From Phoronis australis (taxonomy: Eukaryota; Animalia; Phoronida): a stretch of 54,452 nucleotides of DNA. Of the stretch, positions 53,742-54,452 are shown one piece after another; within the stretch, counting starts at the first letter, position 1, and each line of letters begins with the position of its first letter. Where the stretch lies: NCBI GenBank assembly GCA_002633005.1, contig NMRA01000895.1:53490-107941 (forward strand), written 5' to 3'. A program made the position numbers and the translations under genes. The notes under the pieces are model-generated. The model searched no databases, had not been told where the DNA came from, and saw nothing but the letters and a program-made list of their open reading frames with translations.

Positions 53742-53927
53742 TGTGGTATAAATAGATTACTACATGTTCTCAGCCGTTATCCCCCTTATCTAGAGCCCTC
53801 GTGGATTTTGGAGAATTATCACCCTCGGGGCTAACGACCCTCGGGCGATAATTCTCCAAAATCCACTCGGGCTCTAGATAACGGGGGATAACGACTTCGC
53901 CATGTAATAATCTATATTTATACCACA
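53742..53927. repeat. ~186-bp foldback palindrome (MITE-like)
   Basis: Arms TGTGGTATAAATAGATTAC...TTATCTAGAGCCC..GTGGATTTTGGAGAATTATC and their near-perfect reverse complement, around a short loop at ~53830-53838. Confidence 0.9.
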
Positions 53928-54011
53928 ACATTAGCGTCAAATGGCAAATACAACCGTGTAATAACCTATATAGTTATCTCACTAGTGAGATATCGATTTG
54001 GCGGGAAACCT

Positions 54012-54074
54012 AGGACGGGGCCGAACCCGGGACCCTAATATTGCTAGTCGCCGACTTTACCACTACACCACGCA
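54012..54074 (-). mobile_element. tRNA-like SINE head or tRNA pseudogene
   Basis: GCGTGGTGTAGTGGTAA (A box) ... CCGGGTTCGGCCCCG (B box/T-arm). The anticodon and acceptor stems do not pair. Confidence 0.5.
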
Positions 54075-54452
54075 GCGACTGACGTCATCAAGATTGAAAA
54101 TAGAATACTTAAATGAGCACGCGCAATAATCGCACGTTCAACAAACCACATTGCACTGTACTTATACGCAACGAAAAATAAGACACAGAATTTCCATAAA
54201 AATGATATCTTAATTCAGTGAAATTTTTCTCTCATGTCCTCTTACTTATAAATCACCGATCTCTAGTTTGAATGCGGGTATCGTCTCGTCAGGATCTTTG
54301 ACTTGAGAATTATATTCAGTTACCAGTGGTAACCTACTGTAGCAGACGATAATTTCCCGGTCGAAGCTTAGCGTTGTTTTAAGCTACAATAGTTCATAAA
54401 CCTTAATTTATAAATTCAATTTATTTCTATAATATTTAAGTTTTCAATTGGT

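Noticed and set aside
54012-54074. Functional tRNA gene
   Set aside because: A and B boxes are present, but the acceptor and anticodon stems do not pair.

Overview
AT-rich, intron-containing eukaryotic DNA, probably from a marine invertebrate (taxon inferred). It has no operons, CRISPR arrays or rRNA, and most ORFs in the supplied track are noise or transposon debris. Two spliced coding units are recognisable. (1) A minus-strand FAM111-like trypsin-fold serine protease with an intact His-Asp-Ser triad, built from five phase-compatible GT-AG exons (20150-14500). It carries a decayed Ty3/Gypsy element in one intron, and upstream lie a frameshifted paralogous exon and a short ORF with a RHIM-like amyloid motif. 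(2) Three plus-strand exons (48868-49926) matching the C-terminus of the giant E3 ligase UBR4, with no other UBR4 exons visible, next to a composite 35-bp satellite. The rest is a decayed ankyrin-repeat (possibly TRP-channel) gene, nested DNA transposons (two TTAA-flanked elements, a TTTA-TSD element with a THAP relic, a Helentron-like insert), MITEs, tRNA-derived SINE heads and palindromes. The most interesting lead is a possible RHIM-like motif linked to the FAM111-like protease. That link is unproven because the splice phases do not join directly.
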